Shown: positions 1 to 12,800 of the stretch, piece after piece | Numbering within the stretch: the stretch's first letter is position 1 | How the letters are laid out: the number at the start of each line of letters is the position of its first letter | Assembly: GCA_002633005.1 (NCBI GenBank) | Contig: NMRA01000052.1 | Location: 486,722-550,721 of the forward strand | DNA length: 64,000 nt | Origin: Phoronis australis | Taxonomy: Eukaryota > Animalia > Phoronida | Direction: 5' to 3' | The notes under the pieces: model-generated | The model's database searches: none | Told to the model about the DNA's origin: nothing | The model's input: only the letters and a program-made list of their open reading frames with translations | Made by a program: the position numbers and the translations under genes

Positions 1-700
1 TTCGAGTTGGAAGGAATTAAACACATCGACAACCTCCTAAGGTGTTCCTCTATGCGCAAAAGGTATTTGTAACAACGTGACTTTGATGGTTTAGTCGGTG
101 CGAGGCATAATTCGCCGAAAAGCTTCCGGCGTACAGAGCGCCTATAGCCTCTACATCGCCTCTGCTTCGGGCCAACAGAGGCGATTGTCATTGCCTAGTG
201 TATCGGCTGCAGGGCCGCTGAATATATATTCATGTTACGCCCTCACTGGGCATCAGTATTCTAGTACCAGTAAACTAAATTTCAGAATCAATTTTGCTGC
301 TGCGAAGCTGTCATCATCTCCCGAGAGACATCGCAAAAAATTAGGAAATGGCGCGAGCGCGTGACAAAAGGGTACTATTTTCAAAACGACGAAACATATT
401 GTTACAAAAGGCGAAGAATTACGTAAGAAAATGACGTTTATTAGATTTTATTTAACTGGCCAGTTTTTACCCACATCGGCACTAAGCTGTATATTTAGTA
501 TACAGCTTTGTGCCAAGGCTAGCTCAGTAGACACAGTTAGCTCTTGTACAGTAGGAGCTTCATACAGCGGAAGCTTTTTGACGAATTATGCCTCACATCG
601 ACTTAAACATCAAAGTCGCGCTGTTATAAATACCTTTGCACATAGAAGGACACCTTGGGGGGCTGTCGATGTCTTTTAATTTTGTCTAACTCGAGCAAAT
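1..700. mobile_element. MITE-like element with ~145-bp imperfect terminal inverted repeats (left end runs off the window)
   Basis: Positions 1-146 (ttcgagttgg...aggtatttgtaacaacgtgactttgatg...aagcttccg) are the imperfect reverse complement of ~551-694. No credible coding content between them. Confidence 0.75.
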
Positions 701-1844
701 ACTACCGTTATCAAACTTTTTCTTCAAGCAGTCCCTCTTTCAGTTCCCAAAACCAGTAACTGGCCCTTTCTACACTGCACACGCTAGAGGATATGACATC
801 ATACCACCTGCTGCGCGAAGTTTTAAAAATGTCCAGTTTCCGATTTTGAGAATTGAACGAACTACGAAGAGAAAGAATTCTAGTGAAAACCATTAATAAA
901 ATATATTTTAGTCCTTCCAACTACACCAAATAGTTATATGTAAACCACTGGTATTTGTCAACAATCGGGTTATTCAGTTTTTTCCAGTGCGTTTTATTCT
1001 TCAATTTTAAGGTAAATTAGTTGGGCATTCCCAAAGGAGGAACAATGCTCCTCATCCTCATGTTAGCCAACATTACTCCTCCTCATGTTGGCCGTAACTT
1101 TGGTATTGCCTAAGTAATAGGTTGTTAATCCTCCTGAGCAATTTGCCAGAGTAGTCTCAGGGAGCTGGAGATATCTTAAAGCTTCGTTTTGCCTTGTTTA
1201 GCAGGCGGAAAAAGGAAAGTGAAATTTGACCTTTTATTGATAAATTTGGTGTCCCTATTTGTTGCGGTGTCAAGGTTCTATTTCCATTAGCGGTCACGCA
1301 AAATTAGGGTGCAAGCTCCGCGCATAGATATCTGCAGATAGGCGTATCTATTGTTCACTTTTTTTTCTTATAATAAAGATTATGGTAAGTATTTATCGGT
1401 AACCGGCTGATGGGCTCCCAAGGTATGATATCCGTGCGACCTATATTGTTATATCCAACAAAGACGCAACAAAGGAAAACAACGGTAGGGTCTCATAGGC
1501 GATAACCTTCTTACGCGCTTATGTCCGTCACATGCATCCCGCAAATTAACCAATAGCTTGCAAAATCCATACGACATCATTTGGCATGGGTGGTCAAAAA
1601 GAACTTTGAAACTAATAGCGACTCTAAAGTAATTGCTGAGACTTTACCATTGCCATTCATGATAAGGAATTATGAGATCGATTTTATGAGAGTAAAAGGA
1701 CGAATTTTATTTTAGTGTTAGCCAACTAAATGACAAAATGCAGAGTTATAAGAGATAGCAAACATTTTTGATGTCACCTTTTTGTTTGCCTGTAATGACA
1801 TTCCTGGTAGTTTGTGAATGTATTCAAACCTTAACTCCGAATAG

Positions 1845-4800
1845 ATAAAAAGCTGTTTGCACTACAAAGGGCAGAGCACCATGCTGCAGTGAAGAAAGTG
1901 ATGGATTTAGACTCGTACGAGAAACAGTACAAAATGGTGAACGTACTGCTACAGAAGTTGTTCTCGGTGAGTCATGCATTACTGTAAAAGAATGAGGTCT
2001 TGTAAGGTTACTGAGGTTGCTATGCTACTATGGTAACGGAATGAGGCAGGAGCTCCACCTGTTGACTGTACAACTAAACAGGAGTAGCTGTTGCTGTTTA
2101 TCTCTGTTTAAAAAGGAACAAATACGATAAAATCTCACCAATTGAGGACGCAATGTGGCCAACAAGTGACATGTATTGCCTCGGATTTTCTGAAAAAGAT
2201 GTAACATCAACATAATGCTTTGCCAGATTCTTCACCATAGCTACCACCAGGCAATATTTTGAAAAATTGCAAATATTCGCAACATAGCTAAAAGATCTTA
2301 AAAATGAAAAAGGGGTTAATTAAGGCAATTATCATTATCCTACATTGATGAAATTTTACTGTACATCAATTAGTATTCATAAACGTCACTTACAGTGGCG
2401 TTCCATCCAAAAAGTGAACTTTGAGATCCTTTGCTGCTGTGCAATTGGTCTTAACCTGTTCCTTACTGAGGTGAGGTGAGGTGTCTCAGCTTGCCAAGAA
2501 CTGTCAACTTGTAAATGATTTTAGCAATGCACGGTGCATTAAGTGACACCGTTACATGCCAACTTGTAGACGCCGCCCTTAGCAATAACAAACGATGGGA
2601 TGAAGTATTTTTGTATTAGGGAAGTATAAAGGATCTAAATTACTGTTTACCGGACCACGTTGCCAACTGGTATGCCGGATTTCATTTAATTTGCACGCGG
2701 GCGGTTGGCGTTGCTTGGTTTCTCCATTAATTTTGCACAGCGGCCCGCAACAAAGTTTGTATATTTGTTTGTAGCACCCAAATTATCAGGGAAAATGCAT
2801 TTAATTTAGTTTGTACAAAGGGGAAAATTACCATAGTTTACATAGCTGCTTTGCATGGTCTGCTGAAATGATCTTTATACTTTAATAATTGAAAATGGTG
2901 TCAATTTGGGAAATTTACAGTCTTTATTGAAACAGTGTGTTTATGTAAACTTGGCACTTGTAAAAGGCAGTTGTGGATTGCTACGGAAACTACTGTACGT
3001 ATACCTCATCAACAGGTAATGCAAGAGAACAAGGTGAAACTGATGGCAGGTGGGTTCACGCCTGGTGACCCCATACCACAGGATAACGACCTCCGCGATG
3101 GTAAGTGAGGCCATTTGTGCTGGATACGTGGTGAATTGTCTCTTGTCCTTGTTGCATTTACAAATGGTGGTGTAATGATTTGAGTGACTTGCTATGTTGT
3201 GTTGTGTTGTGTTATCCTGTGTCATGTAACTGTGGTCTTCATTATTTCATTATCCGAACTCCCTGTCGTATCTTTAATAAGTACGCTAATCCATATGCCC
3301 ATATTCCTTTGAACTTAGTGTAATTCAGCATTAGTGCCATTGGACATTGGTTGTTAGATAACTTCTTCCTGTGTATTCCTTTGAGTGTTTCCGCCCTCAA
3401 AGTGAAGAATGAATTTAATTAGTTGATATGGTTTCAAGTATTTATTGACAAAGATGGATCTTCGTGCATTAGTCCATGTAGTTTGCCACAAAGTCCGTCT
3501 AAACTTTGATACATCTTGGCCAGATTTATTCAAGCTTTGAGTTGGTTGTTAATTGAAACGAATTTAATGTTTAAATCTGTTGTTTCAGCCTTCTCTGTGA
3601 TCCTTGAGAACACGGCCATATTTGGTGACATCGTACTTCGTCTGCCACGCATCACCCATGTACTCTACGATAAGAACAACGAATGGCAGGTGCTTGCCAA
3701 GTGGGGCGTCGGCTTTTGCAACGAGAGTGGGATATTTGATGATGGGCCGAATGCAAAACTTATCAGCCTTGTAAGTGTATTGGAACAAACCTTCACTAAG
3801 TGTATCAAACCTTCACTAATGTTCTGAGCTCTAATAGGTGAACACAAAATAACCAACTTCGGACTCCATGCAAGAGAAATCAAGTTTGCAGCTGCGAATC
3901 TAGCTACAATCGAAGACACTGAAGTCCAAACAATACATAGTGTTGTGGTTCAGTAGACACGAAAGGTACTTAGAGTAATTACTGTTTCCTGTCATGATGA
4001 GGAATTGTACCACTCTGTACTTATTGTATTCAGTCATCATGTCTAGGAATTCTGTGTCATTTTGTCTGCATTTGCTGTGATTAGATCCCGAAAACGAACT
4101 CGTTCTGTAATTGAAACTGAAATACGAACATTAGTATTACTTGATGTGGCGCGTTAAGTTTTGAAACAAGAACAGTCAGTCCGGGATGTAGTGTTGGAAT
4201 CCACAAGTGTTTTGGAGCTGTTGACCTTTACTGCATTGTGCGGATCTGAGCAAACTTTCAAGTTATTTTTTGTGCTTTTGCATGTCTATTTAAGTTACAC
4301 TCTTTAGTTTTGCACCACATTGTGCCTTCAGAAAGCACTGTCAAAGTTAACAAATAATCCAAACCATATCGTTGTTGCTCTAGATCGCGATTGGTACCTG
4401 CGTGGAGATATCCAGTCAAAGTGCGCCACATTAGTTTACGAAATAGTTTTCAAGGTGACTTAGTTATTAAACTGTTGTAACTCCTCTATGTCATGTTACT
4501 CACTTGTGTCTGTTCTCACCTGTGTTTGCAAAGTCTATCAATTGTTCCCTTATTTTAGATGGCACAAGAATTGGAACTAGTAGAACGTGATCCAAACTTC
4601 GTCAATCCTTATAAAGCTGATGATGATGTGAGTTCTGTCATGTGCTTCACTTAATACAAAAGACAAACTTTCAGACATGTAATAGTCACTTTAAGGGGTC
4701 CCACATTTTGAGAACCAGTTTTCTCCTCAGAATAACTGGCGTCGAACTGGTTTTCAAAATCCAGGATCCTTGTGAGTGGCAGTTGTTAAATGTGCTTTCA

Positions 4801-5734
4801 ACCTGTTTTTGTTATGGGCCGTTCCAGCAAAATCTGTGTGGGAGGGGGGGGGAAGGCAACCGAAATAAATTATGGGTGGTTGCGTTTAATTTAAATTCAA
4901 AATGGCTGGTGGTCGTACTTCAAAAAAATTAAAATTTACAGGTCGTTGTTGTTTCATTGGGCCATAAATGTTTGATAGTGGGTAATTTTAGTAAATTTTA
5001 TAAACAATCCGCACAGAATCAAAAACTGAAACAAAAATGCAACTTGCAAAAAGCTCCGACTTTTTCACTCCCTCCGATCTCCTCATTGGCATGTTCATAA
5101 CACCATTTAACCACAGGTGCTCAAATTTCTCTATGGCTAATAACCATATATAAGAAACATATGTTTTCTTAGTAATGAATGACGTTAGTGGTGATGGAGG
5201 AACAGATAAACTCAAGCGCCTGTGCAGTCAACCACAAGAACAAAAAAAAATTACGGGTGGTCGCATTTCAAGCTTATAAAAAATTACGGGTGGTAGGCTG
5301 AAGAAATAAATGAAAAATATGGGTGGTTGGTGCGAAAAAAGGTGCCTTCCCCCCCTCCCATACAGATTTTACTGGAACAGCCCTATGGACAAAAAGTTAT
5401 TAATTGTAGTGTTACAACAAATGTTTGTTCGTTAATGATTTGATATACATCTGAGCATTGGAAACGAGGAGTATGTAACCATGCTTACAAGTATATTTGG
5501 AATTTTTTTAATGAACCATTTGTCATGATGGAAGCTGTGTTCAGCACATTGTTTTTCACGACTTGAGATTAACAATAATTCATTGCATTGTAACTCGTTG
5601 TCTGCTTTTTATAGTTGGATAAACTGATTGATGATGAACTGTCAAAACAAAAAGCTGGCTTAGAAAAGAAGTTAAAGAAGAAGAAAAAGCGAGAAAAGAG
5701 AAAGGGACCTCGTTTGTCAAAGGCTGAATTATGA
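1845..5734 (+). CDS. CCDC134: Coiled-coil domain-containing protein 134 (5'-partial; 5 coding exons)
   Basis: GT-AG exons 1845-1966, 3016-3100, 3589-3770, 4559-4627 and 5615-5734 splice in frame: xKKLFALQRAEHHAAVKKVMDLDSYEKQYKMVNVLLQKLFS/VMQENKVKLMAGGFTPGDPIPQDNDLRDA/FSVILENTAIFGDIVLRLPRITHVLYDKNNEWQVLAKWGVGFCNESGIFDDGPNAKLISL/MAQELELVERDPNFVNPYKADDD/LDKLIDDELSKQKAGLEKKLKKKKKREKRKGPRLSKAEL*. This matches recalled CCDC134 motifs (ENTAFFGDVVLRFP, WGISFCN, MAQELG, RKGPRIS). The signal-peptide exon was not found and is probably upstream. Confidence 0.93.
4681..4783. repeat. ~100-bp palindromic mini-element (second copy at 52210-52319)
   Basis: ttttgagaaccagtt...aactggttttcaaaa stem. A closely related copy lies in an SNX25 intron. 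Confidence 0.6.
4816..5383. mobile_element. PIF/Harbinger-like MITE in a CCDC134 intron
   Basis: ~42-bp TIRs: GGGCCGTTCCAGCAAAATCTGTGTGGGAGGGGGGGGAAGGCA at the left, TGCCTTCCCCCCCTCCCATACAGATTTTACTGGAACAGCCC at the right. Flanked by a 3-bp direct repeat TAT. Internal aaattacgggtggt repeats. Confidence 0.8.
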
Positions 5735-7149
5735 CGTCTCCGAGCTTGTAGCAGCGCTGTTTGTCTCCAGGTGCTATGTTGTCCCAATTCCCAAGGTCAG
5801 TAATACGGGTCAGACTGGCTGGTTGCAGTACGGAGTACATAAGGCCTCGCTTTGCTATTAAACAAAATCCCAAGCGTCGTAGAAATGTTCGGGTCATTGG
5901 AACATGCTCAGAAATATGGTAAAACTTTTTCGTTTTTGATTATGAATTAGTGTCCTGAAAATTGAAAGCCACGTGTGTGAGAATTTTTGTTTGAGACAAT
6001 CATCCCAAATTTAAGGGATTGTTTTTACGACTAAAAAATGCTGCTGTCTCGAATCAAAAAAGAATTATAGTATCAGGGGTTAGAATTTTCCTCCTTTTCC
6101 TCTTTTTTGGTTTCGATTTCCTCTAATTTTGGTTTGAAATTCCTTTTCTTCGTTTCTTTTTTATCATTATTATGACTTTATTCAAGCATAAAGATTTATT
6201 TAAGTTACATTTCACTACACAAAAAACATTTCTGTGACACAAGCCTATACACCACCTGGAATTTTTTTCCTCTTTTTGTCATTCGTGATTCCAAGTCCTG
6301 TAGTTTTGCTTGTTGTAGAAATCATACAACATGTTATGGGTTTTATCATGTTTAGAGCTGTTTGTGCGTGCGATAGCCAAATTATTACACCACTGAATGC
6401 TTCCAAATGAGGAGTAACAAACACCAAATGAAAGTTTTTATTGCTCATTATTGAAAAAAACGTGTGTGCTACGAGGTTGTTGCTGCCAGTGCGATTCATA
6501 CATCATGTCTTGTTAATATGAGCATCATATGAATTGCACAATTAATCATTAATAGAGACAACCTTATAAGAAGCGTAGGGACTCGAAGAAGAAAATTTTC
6601 TGCGTTGATATGTTATTTTGGAATGTTGTGAATTGTCCAGCTGTAAGTTGTTCACATTTTGTTATCTATGACTGCTGTGTCGGTGTAGTGGCTGTTAGTG
6701 CTGTCAAGTTTCTAGTAAAAATAATTGTGGCATGTTGCTGGGCAGACAGTGACAAAACACCAACTCGCATTTGCACGTGCTCTTTATACCTGCATTGGGG
6801 ACAACTTTGGTCTTCTCTCTTGATTGAACTGTTTATTTATTGGTTCTAGACGGATCCTCCATGGCCGAACAGATTTAGACAATCTGTAAACAAGCAATAT
6901 TACACCCTCAGTATTTCAATCACCTCATCCATATTATGTGGGTCGCCCCATCACTAGTAGGCGCAACACTGGCAAGATTGCTATTTTACGATTTAACACT
7001 AAACACTGGTCTCGACGGTGACATATGTTACGTACCACAGTGAAGTAGAAAGAACAAGTTTTCAAACAAGTAAAAAAGTATAATCTAAACAACAACAAAT
7101 TCAACATAAAAAGCCAGTGAGTGAGGAATTGAGTGAACTTTTACTTAAA

Positions 7150-7300
7150 GAGATTTTTCCAAAGACTCTGTCACTGTTTGAATACATACTTCAGATTCCT
7201 CTTCTTTCAAACCATAGATGCGTAGACTATTCCTTCTTGAATACTGCTCAAGAGAATTCACCTTTTCCTTCAAGACCTCATTTTCCCTTTTAAGTTTGAC
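7150..7300 (-). pseudogene. LINE ORF1 fragment (coiled coil/RRM junction)
   Basis: Minus strand reads KRENEVLKEKVNSLEQYSRRNSLRIYGLKEEESE, the LEQYSRRNNLRIxG motif of LINE ORF1 proteins. Confidence 0.7.
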
Positions 7301-7321
7301 CAGTTCCCGCAAATCAGTTAC

Positions 7322-7975
7322 TTTGTACTTCCCAGAAATTTTACCTGCTCTACTTAAACTAGCAATACTGTCACAGGCTCCACTACAGGAAAACTGAAAC
7401 AGTAATTGTTCCTATTGGATCTACCACCTACTCAATGTCTGAAAGATCGGAATCATCCGAAAAGTCCACCTGTCTGTTCCTGTATCGTTCAAAGTATTCC
7501 CGTCAGGTCCGATAGTTTGCAAACACAGTGACATTTGTCAAAATCTAATTTCCTTTTCAAACGCTGGTTCTCCTTTCTAGTGTGAAGTGATTGCAAGTCT
7601 GTTAGTTGTGGCAAAAGTTGAGCTGCAGTCATTGAAGACGACGATTCAACAGCAGTTCAGCAGGGCTGTAACCACATGATAAAGGAGTTGCTTTGTAGCA
7701 AAGTAACGCAGGATAATAATGGTCGGCAGATTGCAACAATCTCTTCAATGTGCCAACTGCTCGTTTCACTTCCCCATTCCCAGATTATAACGATCTTTGT
7801 ACTTCCCGGAAATTTTACCTGCTCTACTTAAAATAACAATGCAGTCTCGGGCTCCACAACAGAAAAAATGTGAACAGTAATTGCTCCTATTGGATCTTTC
7901 ACCGCCTTCACGTCCGAAAGGTTGGAATCATCTGAAAAGTCCACCTGCCCGTCCCTGTATCATTTAAAGTATTCC
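7322..7975 (+). repeat. ~180-bp diverged direct duplication (7322-7500 and 7796-7975)
   Basis: Both copies read tttgtacttccc(a/g)gaaattttacctgctctacttaaa...gaaaagtccacctg...aaagtattcc. Confidence 0.85.
7640..7785 (-). pseudogene. Gypsy/Ty3 LTR-retrotransposon integrase fragment
   Basis: Minus strand reads SGNGEVKRAVGTLKRLLQSADHYYPALLCYKATPLSCGYSPAELLLNRRLQ, matching the integrase pattern SNGxAERxVxTxK...ALLxYRxTP..GYSPAELL.GR.LR. Confidence 0.75.
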
Positions 7976-9212
7976 TCATCTACACTGCTGTGCTCACTTT
8001 ATGTCATGTTTGTTCTTTGTAATCCTGTACACCACGTCACAGATGCTTAACAAACAAAAATAGCGCTGTTTGTATTTTCCATTGCAACATGACATTACAA
8101 CACCACGACACTTAAATGTGTAAATAACTTTGCACAGCGATATTTATTGTTAAGAAAATAGCAATTATAATTACAATAAAGAATTTATACGGTATTATTC
8201 AGATTGGTTGGCACATTGCAAATTTCTCTTTAAGAAGACAAACGATTACAACAGTCTTCAATCTTACGCAGGTTTGTCCCCTTTTCTGATCCGTCTCAAG
8301 TTGCTTAAGAAACCTTATCCTCTTCTGGTCATGACCGGCATGCTCCATAAAGTTCTTTAATGTCCCCCACAACTGCTCTCACCTCTAGTAATTCCTAAGG
8401 TGGATCTTGCCATGAGATATGCAGCATTACGTGAGGACCTCATCATTAGTTTTGCCCTTGTAAATTCAACAATAGTTAAAAGTGCTCCTTTGTGAGACTT
8501 GACTGCACTCTAGAGCGACTACACCAACAGCAATGTTTTCTTTACAACAAGAGTATGTTAGTACGTAATTAGTAAGAAAAGTTTTCTGGAAGCTTATTCA
8601 TAACTGTAAGTGTGTGGTTATGACATATTTGGCATTTTTAAATATTTTGCTGTTGTAGCCATGTTAACTTATGTTTGTTTTCTGATTGACTAGTGGTTGA
8701 AATGACAAAATCACAGTAACTTTTGAGTGTGTCTGCATTCCTATGTTTTGATAATATGTTACTGAACAAAAATATGTCTGAAAACGTCAGCTTATTTGAT
8801 TGACAACTTAATGTGATATTGTGATTCTGTTGTTGCCAGCTGTTTCTAGGCAGGTATTGTATGTTGTGGTCAAGTTGTTACGAGCAGGGTATGCCAGATT
8901 AAAGTGAAGTCCGATGATGTTTGTACTTTCATCTTTCATTGTTATTATTTAAAATATCATGCTCAGTCTCAAGATATTATCACTGTTGTCTATCATTGAA
9001 CAGTTAGCACGGGAGGCTTCTGCATTGCAATGGCCTTTCATGGATGTACTTAAATCTAGTGAAAACGAAAATAGAAATTCTGTCAGCATGTCTTCCTGAA
9101 AATGAAATCTCAATGACCCTGAAGCTTATGTATGAAAATATATATTTACACTCACGATTTTAGATTTTATGGGCGGGATGCCCGCTGCTAAGTCTGATTG
9201 TATTTTTGTGTC

Positions 9213-9300
9213 TGACCGGTCGTCTCGATGGCTCGGTGGCTACAGCGTCTGCATGGAAGGTCCTGGGTTTGAGTCCCGGTCAGTGGCAGAAATCTCCAGA
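9213..9300 (+). mobile_element. tRNA-derived SINE head (decayed)
   Basis: A-box-like TGGCTCGGTGG and B-box-like GGTTTGAGTCCC, but no complete cloverleaf. Confidence 0.5.
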
Positions 9301-9692
9301 CTTATGTTAATTAGGTCATGTGATGTGGCCAATAGGTGGCGTGCAGACAATGAAGCTTGTGCACCATTTCAAACCGTTAATGCTCTCCTGTTAAACTCAC
9401 CTGTAAGTTAGGGGATTCAACTCCCAAGATATATTTAAGTGTACATTGATTGACACTGCTATGCGTGAACGCATTGACTTGCCTCGTTATTTGCATAAAC
9501 ATGTTACAAAATGTTGATTTTGTTTTTATTGTGATACACCTTTACTTTAAATAAAATTTGTAAAAATGCTTAGTTTGTTTTTAGGTGTCCTGTTGCATGT
9601 GACTGAGCACATTTTGCCACTGTAGCAATATGTGTGTGTGCCGGACATCCGTCTGCCAGAAGTCCGTCTGCCAAACAAAAAGATGAGGGCAC

Positions 9693-9833
9693 AGGGCCAA
9701 ATCTCTGAACTCAAAGCTCTACTCAAGACTCAAAGTTTAGCCAATGCATGATAGGCATTCGTATTTCCAATACTCAAAACGTGCCATGCAATTGGCAAAT
9801 TTTTATTTGAGTTGAGTACACAGATTGGGCCCT
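9693..9833. mobile_element. Short MITE with ~22-bp TIRs
   Basis: agggccaaatctctgaactcaa at the left pairs with ttgagtacacagattgggccct at the right. Inner gccaatgcatg/catgcaattggc symmetry. TSD unclear. Confidence 0.6.
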
Positions 9834-12800
9834 TGACCGCCAAGCTTTATTGAGGCCTTCAGGTTATTCGATTTTTTTAGAAAAATAAAGATCAAGAAAT
9901 TTTCTGTCTACTATCAGCTAGTTGTAGTGTGTTGTAGTCTATAGAGGTCATAAAACATTTGGTAATAAAGTTTTCACTATTTGGAGCAAAACAATCCATC
10001 CTATGAAAAATGGAAAGTGACAGTTTTGGCAATTGCTTTACATAAAAGTGCAAAATAAGAATTACTGTTGTCAAGTCCCTCCACATTGAAACAGACGTCA
10101 TGCCCTCTACAGTCCAGTCAAGGAATTAAAAGTTTCCAGCATTGTGAAAAAATAGCTGATTTTTTAGAATAAAAAGTGCAGGGTAGGTATGTGTTGCAAA
10201 TGAACTTTTTTATTAATCCGAGGAAGGCATTGCATATTAGGACTTGTGAGTGTGGGCGGAAACGTCAGACTTTGTGCTTTTCTGTAAGTGATTTACCTAC
10301 TGAACGTTTTTTAGTTGTCAAAAGATACCACACCGTTTTAATCGGTAATTTCGACCAATCCTCATTCTGTGCCCTGCTAGTGCATCAGTTCAATGATAAC
10401 AATAGTATTCACTTGAAACGCATGCCCTATTGTGTCGTAAAATGGGTACTGCCGTCCTTAGCGAATGGTCTTTCCCTACTGGTTGTCCTACAACTTTCCT
10501 AAAGCGTAGGTTACTTTCGTCTGTATAGGACTTAGTGAGGAGTTTTCCGACATTTGCTTCAAACGTAAGAGGGTTGACGAAGGTTACAGAGCATTGCTTT
10601 GTTGTAGAGAACTGGACGGGAATTTTCAATATCTGTCCATAGGGCAAACCTAGCTTTGGCATCTTTTTATCAGGATTAATTCTATTAGAGGCTGGACGGG
10701 ATGCAAGACGAGCCATTAAATTACCAGTTTTGCAGTGGGGTGTCTATACGATTCAATTAAAATCAGCGTGAACGCCATAATTTTGTCTTGCTAAATTACT
10801 CTGCCCGACTTGCCACCAAAAATTTGAAATTGCAGAAGCTTTTTCATTTTTACAATTATGGCAAACAGTACTTTTGGAACCCGTGATCAGAAGAGAACAT
10901 TGCGTGTGAACTCTTACACATCACACTGGCCAAAAAATGGGTGATCAGGCAAAATCTGTTGCATGGAGACACAAGATACAGCAACTCTGCACTTGTTTTG
11001 CACACAATATGGTCGACAGGTGAAATTCTATTTTCTTAAATTTATCCACAAAAGAAAAGGTACTACCATAATCTATCACCTGCGTAGTTTGTACTTGTAG
11101 ATGTTGTAAAACACTGGTTTAAGTTTTTATTACTTGTATCAAGTTTTTCAGCCTTTGAAAAAGGTAAAAACAACTTCTTTAGCAATTATTTTTGTGTGAA
11201 ATAAGAGAACTATAGTAGTTTATGTTACGTGCTCAGTATAATTGTTTCTAAAAACTCAAACACCGAAAATTCCTCAGACGTATTGTCAATAAACAGTTGT
11301 GGAATCAAAAAAATTCACTTTGTTCCGAACCTTTCAATGGTTAGAGAAATGGGCGATTCGTCAGCATGGCCTATTTGAAAAAACCAACTCGACCCACTAC
11401 GGTTCTGAGGCCCACAAACGAATTTGAGGAAGAGATTACTTTATGCACAGTTACTAGTGCTTGATATGAGCCAGGTAACATACAAAAAAGAGTTTTTGCT
11501 TACAAAGGTAAATATTTTACATACCGGTAGTTCCTGTTTCCTGTATTCATTAGTGGCAGTTTCATTTTCAAGATCGCTACTAACAAAAGGGTTGATATTG
11601 CCAGTTATGAAATGAACACAAAAAGAACATGAAAATATAATTTATTTAACCAGAACATATGTTACAATAAATAAATATACATATTCAAGTGGCCATAGAC
11701 CTGCCTTCCCTCCAAGAAGAGAACTTTTGACTGACCACAAAATATGGCAACATAAAATTGGTCTGCACTTGTTTTTTACTTTGATGAAGGGGGATTGCAA
11801 AAAATGACAGTGTTATTTATTCCTTGAGAATATGCTGGTCCCAAAAATGACACCCCCGGGCCTCACGCGATAACCGGCCTCCAGCAATAATTGGCCTCCA
11901 GCAATAATTGGCTTCAAAGTTTGACAAGGAAAATTTTGAGACCAATTTCATTCATGTGTCGAGTAAGTGGTCTAAATCGGAAGTTTTTTGTGATGGAAGG
12001 TGGGATTACTGTTGTCATAAGTAACAAAATAAATCTCCAATTTTTAGCCTTGCTACTCAAACATTAAAAATACAATTCGGGATCAAACTTGATTGACAAG
12101 CAATTCAAACACACCAAATGTTCACCTTCATTCAAAATAGTGCATGACATGATGAACGTTACATGTATAACAGTGCAGTACATAAAATTTCCAGGAAGTG
12201 AAATCAAGATTTCTTCATAAGATAAAGCGCACACATTAATGCTTTGGTCTAATACAGCCATACCAAAATGTTTTGAGAAATTTTGGACATTTGCAACAGA
12301 GGAAGTAGCCTTTGAGTTATTGAGATGTTACCATTAGGTACAAAGTGGTTTAAAAACAATGTAAAAGCACGCACATTCCACATGCATGCCAGGAAGACGG
12401 GGGTTATGTCACGGTTCCCCCATCTAAAATTATCAATTTCACAATTCAAGATCACATTTTAGTTTGGGTGGGAAGTGTGAAAAAAGAAATGGTTTGGTGT
12501 CCCAAGATAAATGTGATTGGGATAAAGACTATGCGACCTTGCAGAGATTCTTCCACGTTCACTACAGATCCGTGCTGACCGTGACGACCAAGGGTACACA
12601 AATGAAAATAGTGCCGACATTCATGACCATTCACGAAACATTCAACAGGGAAAGATTTCAGTTGCTACAACCACAACATTTATGAATAGACTGTTGCTTT
12701 CCACTGACGGTTTTTATAGACTCTTTGAAATACATGAAATCATCTTTGGCTGGTTACTGTGGTAACAAATCTATCAGCTGTTGTTGATGCAATGCCATCT

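Noticed and set aside
1020-1400. Candidate first (signal-peptide) exon of CCDC134
   Set aside because: The ATG at ~1046 hits a stop, and I found no hydrophobic leader ending in a suitable donor.
9213-9300. Functional tRNA gene
   Set aside because: A and B boxes are present but there is no proper acceptor or anticodon stem. A SINE relic is more likely. Similar weak B-box traces at ~50730 and ~61705 were not called.
9892-12700. Short ORFs from the six-frame track (also most intronic ORFs at 40-62 kb)
   Set aside because: They have no recognisable motifs or splice-consistent structure and are expected by chance.
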